Of a stretch of DNA of 64,000 nt, positions 39,979 to 53,053 are shown one piece after another. The notes beneath the pieces are model-generated. The model did no database searches. It saw only the letters and a list, made by a program, of their open reading frames with translations, and was not told the DNA's origin. The stretch is from Nageia nagi. Taxonomy: Eukaryota; Plantae; Pinophyta. The position numbers and the translations under genes are program-made. The stretch lies in the NCBI GenBank assembly GCA_050084985.1, contig JBITNC010000001.1, positions 17,608,001-17,672,000 of the forward strand, in the 5' to 3' direction. Each line of letters starts with the position of its first letter. Position 1 is the stretch's first letter.

Positions 39979-40345
39979 AAACTAGAAGGGCATCTTATGG
40001 GAAAATCCATTATTACCCGAGTAGACATTGGAGCCACTAATAATTTTATCGATGAAGCATTTTTCCTTAGAGCAAGCTTGGACATAATTGAAACTCAAGA
40101 AGTTGGAGTCACCAAAGCTAGGGGATACCAAACTAGGTGCAAATAGATGGTCAAAGATCTTAGATACACCATTTGGAAATACACCAATGTAGCCGATTTC
40201 TATATTTATCCTATGGATGGATTCCCTCACATCATATCGGGAGTCCAATGGTTGTATCAATTAGGAGATGTCACCTTCAATTACCGAAAGTTGGAAATGA
40301 GTTTCTTTGAGCAACTGGAGAAGATCACTTTGAGAGGTATCCATG
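39979..40345 (+). pseudogene. Element D aspartic protease domain 2
   Basis: KLEGHLMGKSIITRVDIGATNNFIDE...ADFYIYPMDGFPHIISGVQWLYQLGDVTFNYRKLEMSF..KITLRGI. Confidence 0.85.
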
Positions 40346-41848
40346 CCACACATCCTTGGACAGCTGTCAACGGATTAGAGATTACCCCAATCAGCCATGA
40401 CACCTCTTCAAGGAGATATGACAGTAATAACATCAGTACACTTAGTTTGGGAAAAGTTCATAGGCAACCTTGATAGCAAAAATCAGTCCCAACATCTACA
40501 CTTCATGGAAAAGCAACACAATTGGTTTAGACAATAGTGATCTCAGTTTTGACAGAGTTTATGGGCAGCCTTTGATAACAAGAGACAGCCCAAATCCTCA
40601 CGCCACATGGAAGAACAATGTAATTAGATTTAGTGACAGGTTATAGAGCACGCTTTCATCACTTTGGTATGGGTTTAATTTTGGGTGCATAAATATGTAA
40701 TATATTAACAGAGGATTGGTCTACAAAACTACAAACAAGGACAACAATACTCTTAACAGTTTGCAGCAGTGATTGCATCATAAAAGGGGGCCAAGAATCA
40801 TCTACAATGACAAAGGACAACCAACATATCCTCTCTGATTTTTGTGACAGTCCTAAGAATTTTGCCACCATTAGAGAGGTGTTTTACATGGCAACAAGGA
40901 ACACATTTGGAGCTGATGCGTATTCACATTATGGTCAGCAAGACATGATGCTTTTAAGAAGCTATAACAGTCCTCTTCATCTTTGTCACAACCATACACT
41001 TCCTAACATGTCTTCATTTTTATTACGAAGGTAACAAACATATTTATGGTGGATACACACTTGAGTTTGGGCCAGCCAAACACACCATGTCACAACATGC
41101 CACTACAACACCATACCCTTAGCAACCAAGGTGATGAATGGATGCATAATGAGACTCCTATGGCCGCATTGTTTGACACCCTTCAAGGCATTAATAGAAG
41201 GGAACAACAAGAAGGAAGAGCTCATTCAATCGTATTTCATACAACATGTACAAATCTTGATGTTGCCAAATAAGGTACAAACTTACAATCATTTCTATAT
41301 GACTTTGACACAAACAAGTACAGTTCAGTTTTGGAGATTGGTTTGAAGATTGATGCGTTTAGAAAGACAGTTTGTGGACTCAAAAATCATTCCACTATTG
41401 ATTGATTTGCACATCATTTTGGTTGGGAAGAGCCCTACCAAATTCAGTACCGTTGGTTCAAGAGATATGACAACTAGATCCTATGAAGGAATAACACTTG
41501 GCAAGCATTTAGAAAACATTTTTACATCTAAAACAAATCAGGTCAGCATCTTATCAGCTGTGATTTTTCATATTTTTGGGACAGCGAAGAATTGGGATCC
41601 ATTTGGAGGTAAGGCAAAAGGTTTTGGGTTGAACATGCATGCATCATCATCAATAGTTGATTGCACCATCTTGACATCATCAAGGGACTGCTTCAAAGAT
41701 TATTTGGACAGTTTGTTGGCACATTTAAAGCACAACTATGGGGAGTCAAGCATCGCTTGGTACCTTTGAAGAAAACGCATGAAGACAAGCATCACCTTGG
41801 GATGCGTTTGGAATTGCTTGAGGGCAAGCAATTTGAGAAGAGAGGCCG
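40345..41848 (+). pseudogene. Element D decayed long ORF of unknown function, located where pol would be
   Basis: Overlapping ORF fragments (40807, 41046, 41131, 41350, 41661); no RT or integrase motifs seen; ends LELLEGKQFEKRG at the PPT. Confidence 0.55.
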
Positions 41849-42205
41849 TATAATGTTCCCAAATTGGAGCATCTAGATACCATCCCTTGTGCCTATTCAT
41901 TGTGATTTTTCGTACTCAGATTAGGAGTATTTTATTTGTCAAATTATATATTTATCATATTCACATTTGTGCCTTAAAGGCAAGCACTCGAGAAGGGCAA
42001 ATTATATATTTGTTTGAGCTATTATAAGGGGGTCATTAAGAGGAATTATACCCCACATCCAAGCCGACCATGCTAGGAAGGTTTGGGGCCATTTAATATT
42101 TTATTATTTCCCCTCTCCTAGTCGGCTGCCTTTTGAGGATCTATTTGCTAGTTTAGATGGCTTTGAAGGCAAGTCATTTGCTCACTTGAAGACATTAGCT
42201 TGTGT

Positions 42206-43864
42206 TGATCCAAAATGGATCATATATAATGAATAACAAATATCATTGAAGTGAGGACTTGGCACATTCTCATGTTTGGGTGGTATTTGGAACATTTTGC
42301 CATTGGTTTGTGGAAATTTGTGGCTAGAAAATATTAACAAAATCAGTCATCTTTGGGAAGACATAACTTTTGATAGAGATATCCAATTGAGTTGATTTTT
42401 TTTTTCATTGGATAATGCTCGAAAATACCTTTCCAACGAGTATATGCATGCCTACCTTTTTCAAAGATTTGATCACCATCCAAGGTGTTTTCCACAGAAA
42501 TATCAAAACTGCCAACGCTAGTGTTTTTGAGGAATTTGGATGCGGGATTTTGAATTTGATTAGTTTGGCATGTCTATATACCAAAAATGATTCTTTGTAC
42601 CAATTATCACTTAAAAAGATCAACGCGGACGCTGATGAAGACTCAACCGTTCACCAAACCCGACACCTGACCTTTCACCTGCTAATAAACCCAACATGCT
42701 AGCACCAACGCTGATGCCAACACCCACGCTAGAAAAAAAACAGATCATGTACAGATGGGAGGTGAAGCGTTTTGAGTCATTTTGAGACGTTTGGAAGTTA
42801 CTGAGAAGTTGGAAAGCCATGTGATTTTTCCAAGGGCGTCGGTTCTACCTATATATCCTTGTGAGACTTGTTGGGAGGGGGAAAAGAAAGATTGTTTTGT
42901 TCTAGAGGCTAAGAGAGTTGATTTCATTATGTAGGAAAAGATACAGGCTTAGAAGTACAAAACAAAGAGTCCTTTTGGTTGTAATGTATTCTCTATGCAA
43001 TAATAGGATATGAATGTTCTTGAATCTAGCTATATTTCTATGTTCTCTTCATTTTGTATGAATGAAGTGTAGAACATTGTTTTTATATGGATGTATATAA
43101 ATCACTCCTTGCATTTATACATTGGGGAATATAGATTAGAGGAAAAAAATATAAATTTGTAAAAACTGTATTGGAGGATCCATGAATGCTATAAGCATCT
43201 GATGATTACAGATCAAGTGGTATCAGAGCTAGATGAGATTGTTGTTGGGTATTTGTTGATTTTGTTGTAGAGTTATTATTTTGTGTGCCTATGATCAGAT
43301 CTAAAAAAAGTGAAAAAGATTTGGCTGAGGTTGACCTTGAGATTGGCTCCAGAATTTGGTTGAGGAAGAAAATAGAAATGGCTATGGAGAACGATGAGTT
43401 GAGGAGGCAGATTGAACGTTTGGAAGCATTGCTCAAAGATTTTGTGATAGAAATTGCAGATTTGAAGAATGAAAGTGTAACAAGGGAATCAAAGAATGGA
43501 GAATGTTCACATTAGATTGAGAAGAAATTGCCTTTGAAGTTGGAAGTGAAGTTTGATCTCAAATCCTTTGGAGGAGAGACTAATGCTGAAAAGTTGAACC
43601 AATAGTTGAAACAACTAGAGGTATTTTTCAGAGTACAAAAGGTTGAAAATGATAAGGAAAAGATTGATATTGTTGCACTTAAACTTGAAGGGCATGCTTT
43701 AGTTTGGTGGGAAGCATACTCTGATGCTGTCAAAAACGATGAAGAATTCCCTATTACAAGTTGGAGAAAATTGGGGAATATATATTAGAAGAAAAAAATA
43801 TAAATTTGTAAAATTTGTATTGAAAGATCCATGAATGCTTTAAGTATCTGGTGATTACAGATCA
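42206..43864 (+). mobile_element. Gypsy element E, internally deleted, inserted in D's 3' LTR
   Basis: tgatc...gatca termini; 5' LTR 42206-43215; perfect PBS tggtatcagagc 43218-43229; gag (LKQLEVFF..LKLEGHALVWWEAY) ~43378-43770; last 95 bp of the 3' LTR at 43770-43864; TSD tgtgt/tgtgc. Confidence 0.9.
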
Positions 43865-44994
43865 TGTGCATTCGATCTTGGATCATTTGGAGTTTAGGGA
43901 TGCTTCGCTTCTCTACCTTCTAAGGACTAGGGCTACTCCCTAGCCTAGAAGTGGCTCTTCTACACTCTTGTTCACTTGGAAAGCTTGCACCAACCTTGAG
44001 GAGCCATCTAGAAACTTGCGCCTACCATTTTTGCCACTTGGAAGCTTGCGCCAGCCATTGGGAGACATCTTAGGACTTGCGCCAAGCTTGGGAGCCTCCT
44101 TGGGACTTACACCAACCTTTAGGAGTCTTGGTTGAGCATATTCAGAGTCTTGGGCTTTGCCCTATAACTTGTTACATGCTTTTTACAGCCCTATACTTAT
44201 TCTTGGTTGATCATTCATGATTCTGGCTCTCATATTGCATCTCCAATGTGAATGAATGTTCCTATATATTTTTGCTATGCTATTATCTTCATTATGCATG
44301 AGAATGTGTGTGAATTAGAGTATTTTGGAGTTATATTTATGTTGTGTTACAGATCTGAAGTTGTGCCCTAGTTTGGTCATATTCACATGTTATATGAGCT
44401 TTATATCAGATTTGGCTACTACTGTTATAATTCAGTTTTGAGCGCATGTTTGGATGGTTGATGAGATTATACTTGATGCCCTAACTTGTGAATGAATGTG
44501 GAATTAAGTGAGAAAATGGGTAAACCCTAGAAAGGTACATTACATTTGTTGTGATAATCATTGCTTCTTTTTTGTTTCTTGCTTCTCTTGTAAAATAAGC
44601 ACTTGAGAGTGCTTTATATAGGTTTGACAATGATTTTGAGCTTACCTACGTGGACTTCTCTAGAACAATGTGCATATAAGATAAAGCTAAGTTCGACAAT
44701 TTCAATTAAGTTTAGCATGAATTACCTAAAGTAGATCCATTAAAATGCAATTTTAAATGTCTACACATTCACATTGAAAAGAGTAAAAATTGAAACCGTA
44801 ACACTATCTAACACATGGAATTTGACGAGAGTGTTTTTGTCCATATTTTGAATGCTTTAAGCAAAACAAGAAAATAGATTTTCACACATCGAAGTCAACA
44901 ACATCCACATCTTGTTTGTGAGCATACATAAATTTCAATTATCATCAAATCAATATACAACAAGTCCAAATTGGCTCTATGGATAAGAAATCCC

Positions 44995-46379
44995 TATAAT
45001 GTCCCCAAATTTTTGGCGTCTCATTTATTTGGCTAGTTAGAGTGGGACACTCCTTTTCATTGTGATTGCTTAGCACTTAGGATTATTTTTAATATTTCTA
45101 GCATTTATCACATACTTTTTGGCATTGTCACATGCCCATGGTTTATTTGTATGTTGTTAATATCATATTGGACCCTATGAATGATGTACAGGCCGGATTG
45201 GGTGCCAAAAATGAGTAATTGAGCACTCCAAGATTGGACGTCCCTCTTCTAGGGACACTTAGGTGCCATTTAATGTTTTAGGTGTGTTTAGTAAGTTGTT
45301 TCAAGACATGGGACACTCTTGGATATATTTTAATATTTGAAGATCTCACTTAAAGTTTCCAAAGTGGGTTTCCCCAAATGAGGTGGCATTATGAGATCCC
45401 ATGATGTAATGTTATGATTCCAAGGTGTTAAAGTTTAATGGGTTGGTGAAGCTAAGTAAAGATAATACACCTATATAAGGAGAATGAGCGCTCCATATGA
45501 GGGTATGCTTGATTTGATATTTTTGTGGGCGTGAGCTCTCCTTTCTCTCTTGCAACCACAAGGGGTGTACTTGAGGCCTAGCATTCCCCTTGTCTTATTC
45601 AACTTCTATCTGGAGGTTTGGCATTCCTCTTGGATTATTTGACTACCACCATTACTATTGTGGAGTCGTGGAATGTACTAGGGATTCACTCTATCATTAC
45701 TACTGCTGAGATCCACCAGAGATTTGTACTTCTGCTGAGATTCACTGTTGTTGAGGTTCGTCCAACTTGGAGGAGGCCGTTCTTAGTTCATGGCTACCCA
45801 TTCCAGTCTTCTTGGAGAGGGCACTCCATTACTGAAGGTTCATGAGTTCAATAACATTGTAAGATTTGCATTTAGAAAGCCACACTACTGGGGCGTCACA
45901 TCAAGGAGGTCATTTTGGTGCTTCTCACCATCCTTCAGCCTTTCAGTAGGTCCTGCACTCTTAGAGAGCATCAAATCCATTTTTTGGGGTTCTTGGGTTG
46001 ACATCTAGTCCCCTTGGTTGGGACGTCTCACTCTACTACATTTCTTTTAGCTCATTTGATCATCTCGGCATTTGAGATATATTTGTGGTCATTACTGAGT
46101 CATATTTCTAAAATCTAGTAATTGGATATTGTATTCATACTTTTGGTGATTGTATTTTCAGTAGTTTATGCCCTTGCATGGTTCGTCCCATTTTTGGAGT
46201 AATTTAGGAGCACTATGAATAATTTATTGAGCATGACCAAGAGGTTTGCCCTATGTTTGGAATATTATTTAGAGCATGATTTGGGCATATTTGAGCTGTT
46301 TGGAATTTATTGGAATTTTAGGAATTAACTGCATAATCTATTGAGCATTTTTAGGTGAGCCCTAGTTCAGCTTATTACA
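44995..46379 (+). mobile_element. Solo LTR I (1385 bp)
   Basis: t(a)taatg...attaca termini; TSD atccc at 44990-44994 and 46380-46384; TATA ctatataag ~45472. Confidence 0.92.
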
Positions 46380-46557
46380 ATCCCAAGCATAATAAGCGCA
46401 TAAAAAATTACTAATGTAGACTCATCATCAATATGAGAAATCGTGTCTATAGTTGCAAAGCCATCTATGCTACTGACAAATAACAAATGTGTGTTAGAGA
46501 TTTGAGATCTAAGCATTGAAACCAACAATGAATATAATATTTAGACATTACATATGA

Positions 46558-46623
46558 TCAGAGTTTTGATGTAGGCTGTTGCTTTGCTCGAATCAATCCT
46601 TCTTGTGTCAATGACACTACAAG
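46558..46623 (-). CDS. ACH2: Peroxisomal acyl-CoA thioesterase II (TesB/ACH2-like), terminal coding exon
   Basis: ttgcag acceptor; LVVSLTQEGLIRAKQQPTSKL*; C-terminal SKL is a PTS1 signal. Confidence 0.93.
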   Translation of the reverse strand, partial: LVVSLTQEGLIRAKQQPTSKL

Positions 46624-46726
46624 CTGCAATTAAATATATTTCCAAGTTTGTAAACTGTAGGAAATATAATAAAGCAAAATTTTGGACATCAACAGCCCAT
46701 TGAGTAGTCAAAGTGCAAATACATAC

Positions 46727-46795
46727 CTCTCCAGATCTTGTGTACATATGACCAATGTTAAATCCTCGTCCACTGCTTGCAATTGGGCTTTCTTG
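46727..46795 (-). CDS. ACH2: Acyl-CoA thioesterase II, penultimate exon
   Basis: tag|QESPIASSGRGFNIGHMYTRSGE|gtatgt, 69 bp, phase 0-0. Confidence 0.93.
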
Positions 46796-46999
46796 CTATA
46801 TCATATATCACATATTAAGGGGTTAATGGAGCTAAAAAGATTTTAAAACAATGAATTTATAGGTTTGCACAAGTACAATATCAACACGAGAAAATACTAA
46901 GCCATAATCAATTATAAAACTGAGTCTTACCATATATAACAACTATTTATCAGCTTTCAAAGGCATTAAACTATAATCAAATATAAAACTGAGTCTTAC

Positions 47000-47048
47000 C
47001 ACATATAGCAACCATTCATCAGCTTTGAAAGGCTTGTGGAACCACATT
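47000..47048 (-). CDS. ACH2: Acyl-CoA thioesterase II, third-from-last exon
   Basis: cag|A-MWFHKPFKADEWLLYV|gtaaga; TesB-family motif that follows SLDH. Confidence 0.93.
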
Positions 47049-49408
47049 CTGTAATCAAAATAATGGTCATTCATTATGAAGCGCTTCAATTCTTTCTTAT
47101 TATAAAAGAAAGCACATGTCACTTCTATGCTATAGCAGACATAAGGCATATGGAGTTCCTAGACTTCATCATAGCTTTGCAATGTAACTAACAATGCATC
47201 ACAGTGAATCATTTTGACTTGGACAAATCTGATATGCACACTTATAACCAAGAAAGTTGATGTGTCAACAACTGCAAATGAAGGATTAATTTATAAGAAC
47301 GTACAAGAGTCTAAACCATTATGCTTTAGTTGTCAATTTTTGGAATTTCCATTATATGTGAATCTCAATAATAGGATACAACAAATATATATTCTTGCAA
47401 TTTTGAAGTGTATATTGTTATTTTACTAATATTTTCCAACCTGTCAACTATTTACAGTGGCACCAAAAAGGTCATCCTGGCAAGACTTACAGTCATCATC
47501 TTGGGAGAAGAGTCCACGCTGATTGATGATTAGGGATTGGATTCTATCACTAGGTGAAGTAAATACTTCAAGTTGGAAATGGGTTATCAAAGTCACTGTG
47601 ATAACTGGACCATCCTAGGAAGGTGTGCAGAGCAATCTTTCAAGACTTCCTAGCATACAATGACAATTGAATTGTAGATGGTAAGAAATTGGTGCTGCAT
47701 GTCTACTGAGAGCTGAGACAGCCTATTGGACACTTGAGAAGTTTCCCCCTTAGTTGTGATTTGAGAAGGATCACCATATCACAACTTAGCCCAATTGTAT
47801 AGGCCAAATTTAATAGGAAGAGGTTATGTTTCAATTAGAATGTATATGCTATGGTGGTGTCCATACATCATAATCTCTCAAAACATATCATACAATACAA
47901 AGTCAGCCATAATAACGTTGGCTGTCTTTATATTGCTATGTCTGAAAACGATTGGAACTTTTGAAAAAATTTTCCAGCAACATGTTAAAATATTAGATTA
48001 TAATATTTACTTTATGTTAGCTGTCTACTACTGTTCACATGTGCACTATTCTATTCCCACAAAAATCTAAGGGGTCAAAGCTATATTGAATGCACCCAAC
48101 CAATTGATTAAGCTTAGATAAGGCTATATATACAACCTTTGTCTCCATGTATTATCATCCAATGTGAGCAATTCAATTTTGCATAGTCTTAAAGGTTTCG
48201 GGTGCTACTGTTTTCAATTTGCTCTTGTTTGCTATCTTTTGAAATCTTCTTCAATTTGCTATCACAACATCTAGAGAGTATCTGCTAAGGTTTGAGTGAA
48301 TAGGATTCCACAACTCACTAGAATTCTGTTTCCTAACACAAAACTCAGATTGCTTGGAACATTGCTTCTTAACAAGAAACTTATTCATGAGGATCCTCTG
48401 CTCAATGGAATCCAACCTCTTGATGGCATTGCTAGTGACTGCTCCGCCACTGCAGCCCGCTCCTTTGTGCATCAACACAACCCCAACACATTTTTTGGGT
48501 TGGGTCTTGAATTCAGTGGACACTCTAACCAGACCATCGACCTATGGCCCCATGCATAGCTCCAACGCCATTATATGGCGATGCTTGCCTCCTAAAGAAC
48601 TTGAGGCCACCTCTAATGGGCTAGAGCTCTCCTCCCTATCAACAAATCGAAGCCACAGAAGCCGCCATTGAGGCCACCAAAATGCTCGTGCTCAAACTCC
48701 TCAACGAAGCGCTCATGGAGGCTCTGAGGCAACATTAACATCTTTTCATGTGTACTCTTTACTGTGGTGGAGTCATTTGAAGTGATGGCAATCTCTAGGT
48801 TCTTTGTCACAAGACATGCAGTTGTTGAAATCCATTCAAAAGTTGTAGCATCGTCCCTTGTTGCCAGTTATTCGCCACCTAGAAGCATCAACATCTCATC
48901 GTGTTTTTAAAAAAAGTTATTAAAATAATAAAAAATGTCAAAATTTATTGGGGTTTCTTTTTTAGGTTAATTTTAAAGATTTTTTAATTAATAATCTTTC
49001 ATTAATTGAGAAGATTATTTAATTAAGAAAATCATTAAAAGTTTACTAGACCCCATACGTCTTGTAGTCCCTTATTTTGTTGAAAATGAGGTGTTAGATG
49101 GCCAATCCAAGCATAATGTTGAATACATTGATTGAAAAGCTCCTCGAAGCTAAAAACTTGGGGGTATGGAAACATCAAATGAAGAATTTGATGATGCCTT
49201 ATGAATTTTGAAGTTCAAGGCATTGCAATACACCATCAAACAGATGCTACAACACAAAGGATTAGTAAATCACTTGGTGAAGCAATCACCAACAAAGAGT
49301 TAGTTTCAGCCACCTTCAAGAGCTTAACAAAGGATTATCAAAGTTTGATCATGAGTCTCACATTTAGTGGGAAACTTGATACCTTCACATTCAATGAACT
49401 AGAAAGAA

Positions 49409-52400
49409 AGAAAGAAATATATTAATGTCCACATATGGACAAAAGTGATCAATGGGACTAGCAGATAAATCATGTGATACGAGCTAGTGAGACCCCTAGT
49501 GGGCCCAAACGTAAAAAGAGAAAAAACAAATAGAATATAATGTAAGCAAAAGTACATCCCATCAAAGGAAATCAAACCCTACGAAGGTAATGATGTGCAA
49601 TAAGGATGGTCAAGAAATGCCATCAAAGATCTATCTAGAGGGGGTGTCCAAGTGTGCATTCTCTATTGTGGAGAGGTCTCTTGCATCTGTGGGGATAACG
49701 CCTGAAACCCTGCTGCTGGAAGAAAAGAGGGATGCGATATGGCGCATTTGCAGAGGTGCCTAAGAAGCAAAAAGGCGTCTCCTAGTACACCGGGTAGGGA
49801 GCAAGGGCTCATCTCATGGACACCTACGTAACTCGTTAACCATAGAAGCTCAGAAATAGGACGTGATGCAATGCTCTCCTAGTGGGTGCTGAGCGCGTGA
49901 GAGGAGATGATTCTGCATGAGAAGGGATTCCCTTAGATAGAGAGCCAAGCATCTTTGATCCGGATACTGGAAAAAAGTGGACAATGATCCAAAGGAGTCC
50001 CAAAAAAGGCAAAAGTACCCGCCTCAGATCTCATGGTACACTGAGCATCGAAAAATAAAGCGGTCCTCAGATTCGGTCTCAAGTGAGTAGAGGAGAAAAA
50101 CATGTGCGTCTTGGGCTAGATGATGATCTGACACGATCCTCAATTGGTGGGAGTAGATCCAAAATTGTCCCAAAGATATCCTCAAAACGAGAGGAGGTGC
50201 AGATTGTAGTAACCCGATGCAAGGATCAACCCATTGACGATATGAAGATACTGCTGTCCATAATGTGCCAACTTTGGTGAAAGTGGTTGAGGGGGGAAAC
50301 CCAAGTCATCTGAATGAAGGCCTTGTAAATTGTCTCTCGGATATCTGAAAAATAATCCACCGAAGAACTGGTCACACTTCCCTAGGAAGCGAGAAGTGTA
50401 TCTGGGGAGAAACCAAATCTCCGAAGCAGCTCACTAACCTTGGAAAACCAACATCTATGGCAACCTCGCATTGCTAGATCCCTCAATGAAGCTTAAGCCC
50501 GCGCAGGGAGTCTCTCCATGTCGCTCCTAGTACCAAAGAGGCGGTGTAGACAATGAAGGAAGAGGACTATGTGGGCGAGGGCCCATAACTGGAGCGACTG
50601 ACAAGCAGACTCTACAAGCATGGTACTATGAGGAACCGATCTCTTGTTCTAGATGGAGCGGGATAAGGTGTTGACCAAGATCCTCTCTATCGATGTCAAG
50701 TCCGCTGCTCTCAAACTAGGTCCCCATGTCTCAATACCATAAAGTATCGTTGGGGTAACTAGAGTGTGGAAGAGTTGCAATTTGGACTAGATGTCCTGAA
50801 AGTGAAGTTGAACACACTGTCTCTCCATAGCGCTCATCGACGCATATTCCCAACTGACTCGAGGGGAGCTCGCCCTCCTCATAGAAAACCTAGGGCCCGA
50901 AAAGAACACACCCAAGCATGTGTAAGAGGTGGTGGACTCTATAGTACCATCTCTAAAGGTGATCTAGGTTTGGTCCAACGTGGCTTTTGAGATGTTAAAA
51001 GCCACAACCTTAGTCTTACTAAGGTTCACTGTAAGCTCCTGTCGAGCACAAAAAGAGTCTAGAACATGGACCAAATCCTGAAGACCCTCAGTTGAGTGGG
51101 AGAGAAGCACAATGTTGTCTACAAAGAGGAGGATAGATACTCAATTGCCATGAAGGAGACAACCCAAACAAGAGCTATGGTCTCTAGGATGGAAGCCCCT
51201 AATTCATCTATCTAGAGCGCAAACAAAGCGGGGGAAAGGGAGCGGCCTTGATTCACTCCAATCGTGCTAAGGACACTATATGAGTGTCCATCGAAAGTGC
51301 GGATGCGACCTGAAAGGGTCTCGTACAGTGTCAGTATGGTTGTGAGACTAATCTCTGGAACTCCCAATCGTCTAAGTCGATCCATAAGTCTGTGCCGAGG
51401 GATAGTGTTAAAAGCTTTGTTGAAATCCACAAAACAACAAAAGATGGGGGACTTACGGAATTTGGCCTCCTCTATGATAGCTCGAAGGGTAAAAATATGA
51501 TTTGTGGTGTGGTGATCCCATCGGAAACCCACTTGTCCTCTTGCTCTAAACCCTCTGGAATCGACCAACAGAGAAATGTAACCCTCTAGGACTGTAGCAT
51601 AAAGCTTGGCCAAGGTATGACCAATCATGATGGTACGGTAGTCGCTCGACTCCACAAGGTCACTAGATTTGAAAATAGGATGGATGATGTTTGTGGTCTA
51701 GGAGGCAGGGAAACCAAAGTAGATGACGTTATTGAAGAGCATGGAAATAAAGGGCGACAAGGTGAATTTGGCATGCTTGAGGAGTTTAGCTTGGAGGTTC
51801 TCGATGTTGAGGGCTTTGCCAGGACTAAATTTTTTGATGGCATTATGGATGAAGGGGAGGAGAAGAAATCTGAAGTGGAGGGCCGAGAGGAGTGGGTGAG
51901 TGTTTTTTGGTGGTGGATTGTGTAAAGCTGGGAGGCGTACATCATCCAAGCATGGAGGGAGATGGAGCTTTGGATGTGTTTTTTAGAAAGGAAAGCATCC
52001 AAGAAGGCTTTTGGATTCAAGTGGAGTGATGAGATTATCTCTGATCTTTTTTTGGCCAGGAAATGATGCTTCTTGGTTCGAAGAAGACAACATTAGGAGT
52101 GGTGGAGGAGGATAAGGGGTCAATGGCAATGGATTGTCGGAGGTGACAATGAGTGTCCTTACATTCAATGTCAAACCAACGGTTCATTGGACAATGGCTA
52201 GAAGGGCGAAGGCGAGGGGGAGACTAGGGCTAATTTTGTGGGGGAAGGCCTGGAGGGCTACATATTGAAGTGAATCAGCCAAGAGGAGAGCTTGGTCGTC
52301 CACTGATGGATGGGATTGAAGGTCTAAAAGTTCTTATTTCAGGATGTTGTTGTAAAGGAGGTCATGGGAAAAATCAAATAAAATGGTAACACGGGGTGGG

Positions 52401-53053
52401 AAGGGGGCCGGCAAAATATGGGTTGATAGAGAGAAAGATAGGTGAGCTTGATCGGTCAGTGGAAGGTGGGGTGCCGCATGGAAAGAATGAATATGTGTAT
52501 TGAGGGAGGAGTTGGAGAGGATGTAGTCTACTGTGCTAGAGCCTCTTGCGTGGGGGAAACAAGTATGGTGACGAGACTGAGGAAACTGAGCGATGCCATT
52601 GAGGATCAAGAGGTCGTGCATCTCACCAAGCTCGAGTAGGAACCTACCGTAACCCAAGAGTGGGCCGAATCTTTAGAGTCATGCTGAAATAATAAAGGTC
52701 GATCAAGAACCTGGATGTGAAGCAGGTCAATGTTGTTGCCATAGAATTTTGTTTGAACATTTCTCGTCCTACCATTGAAGTCGCCTAACAACAAGATCTA
52801 TCCCTGAATGGAGTACCTAGTTATCTCTGGATAAAGGTCGAGGTAAGGGGACTTGCTTGCCTCATGAATGGCATAGCTCGCAAACACCGGCGGGAAGTAG
52901 CATCCAGCAATGAAGATCCTCATAAGAGGTGGGGCCCTCGCAAGTGATATCCAAATGTAGTGAACGTGGGTGTCAATACCCTCAACTTGTACCCTAGAAA
53001 GTAAGTGATCTCTTATTTGAAAGGCCACTCCTCTTGAACCCCAACTCCTGGTG
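49409..53053 (-). mobile_element. 5'-truncated RTE/RTEX-like LINE (APE endonuclease plus RT)
   Basis: IFIAGCYFPP; LLGDFNGRT; STVDYIL; TDQAHL; DYRTIMIGHTLAKLY..QVGFR..FVDFNKAFNTI..GVNQGRSLSPALF; (TTTC)n tail; TSD actagaaagaa 49398-49408 / actagagagaa 53054-53064. Confidence 0.92.

Larger units (their letters stand above)
37153..44544 (+). mobile_element. Gypsy-type element D lacking RT, RNaseH and integrase
   Basis: 5' LTR 37153-38170; PBS tggtattagaaa 38172; PPT gagaagagaggc ~41835-41846; 3' LTR 41849-44544 (split by E); TSD tttgt on both sides. Confidence 0.93.

Noticed and set aside
46943-47149. ORF-track 68-aa protein as a stand-alone gene
   Set aside because: It is a 49-bp exon read through flanking intron sequence
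47480-47530. Minus-strand gtaagt donor after RGLFSQDDD as a candidate thioesterase exon
   Set aside because: Poor match to the expected sequence and wrong splice phase for the 47048 acceptor
47720-48900. Short ORFs (48251-48810) and a possible 5' LTR of Copia F
   Set aside because: No recognisable domain, PBS or partner LTR; probably the leader of F, but unresolved
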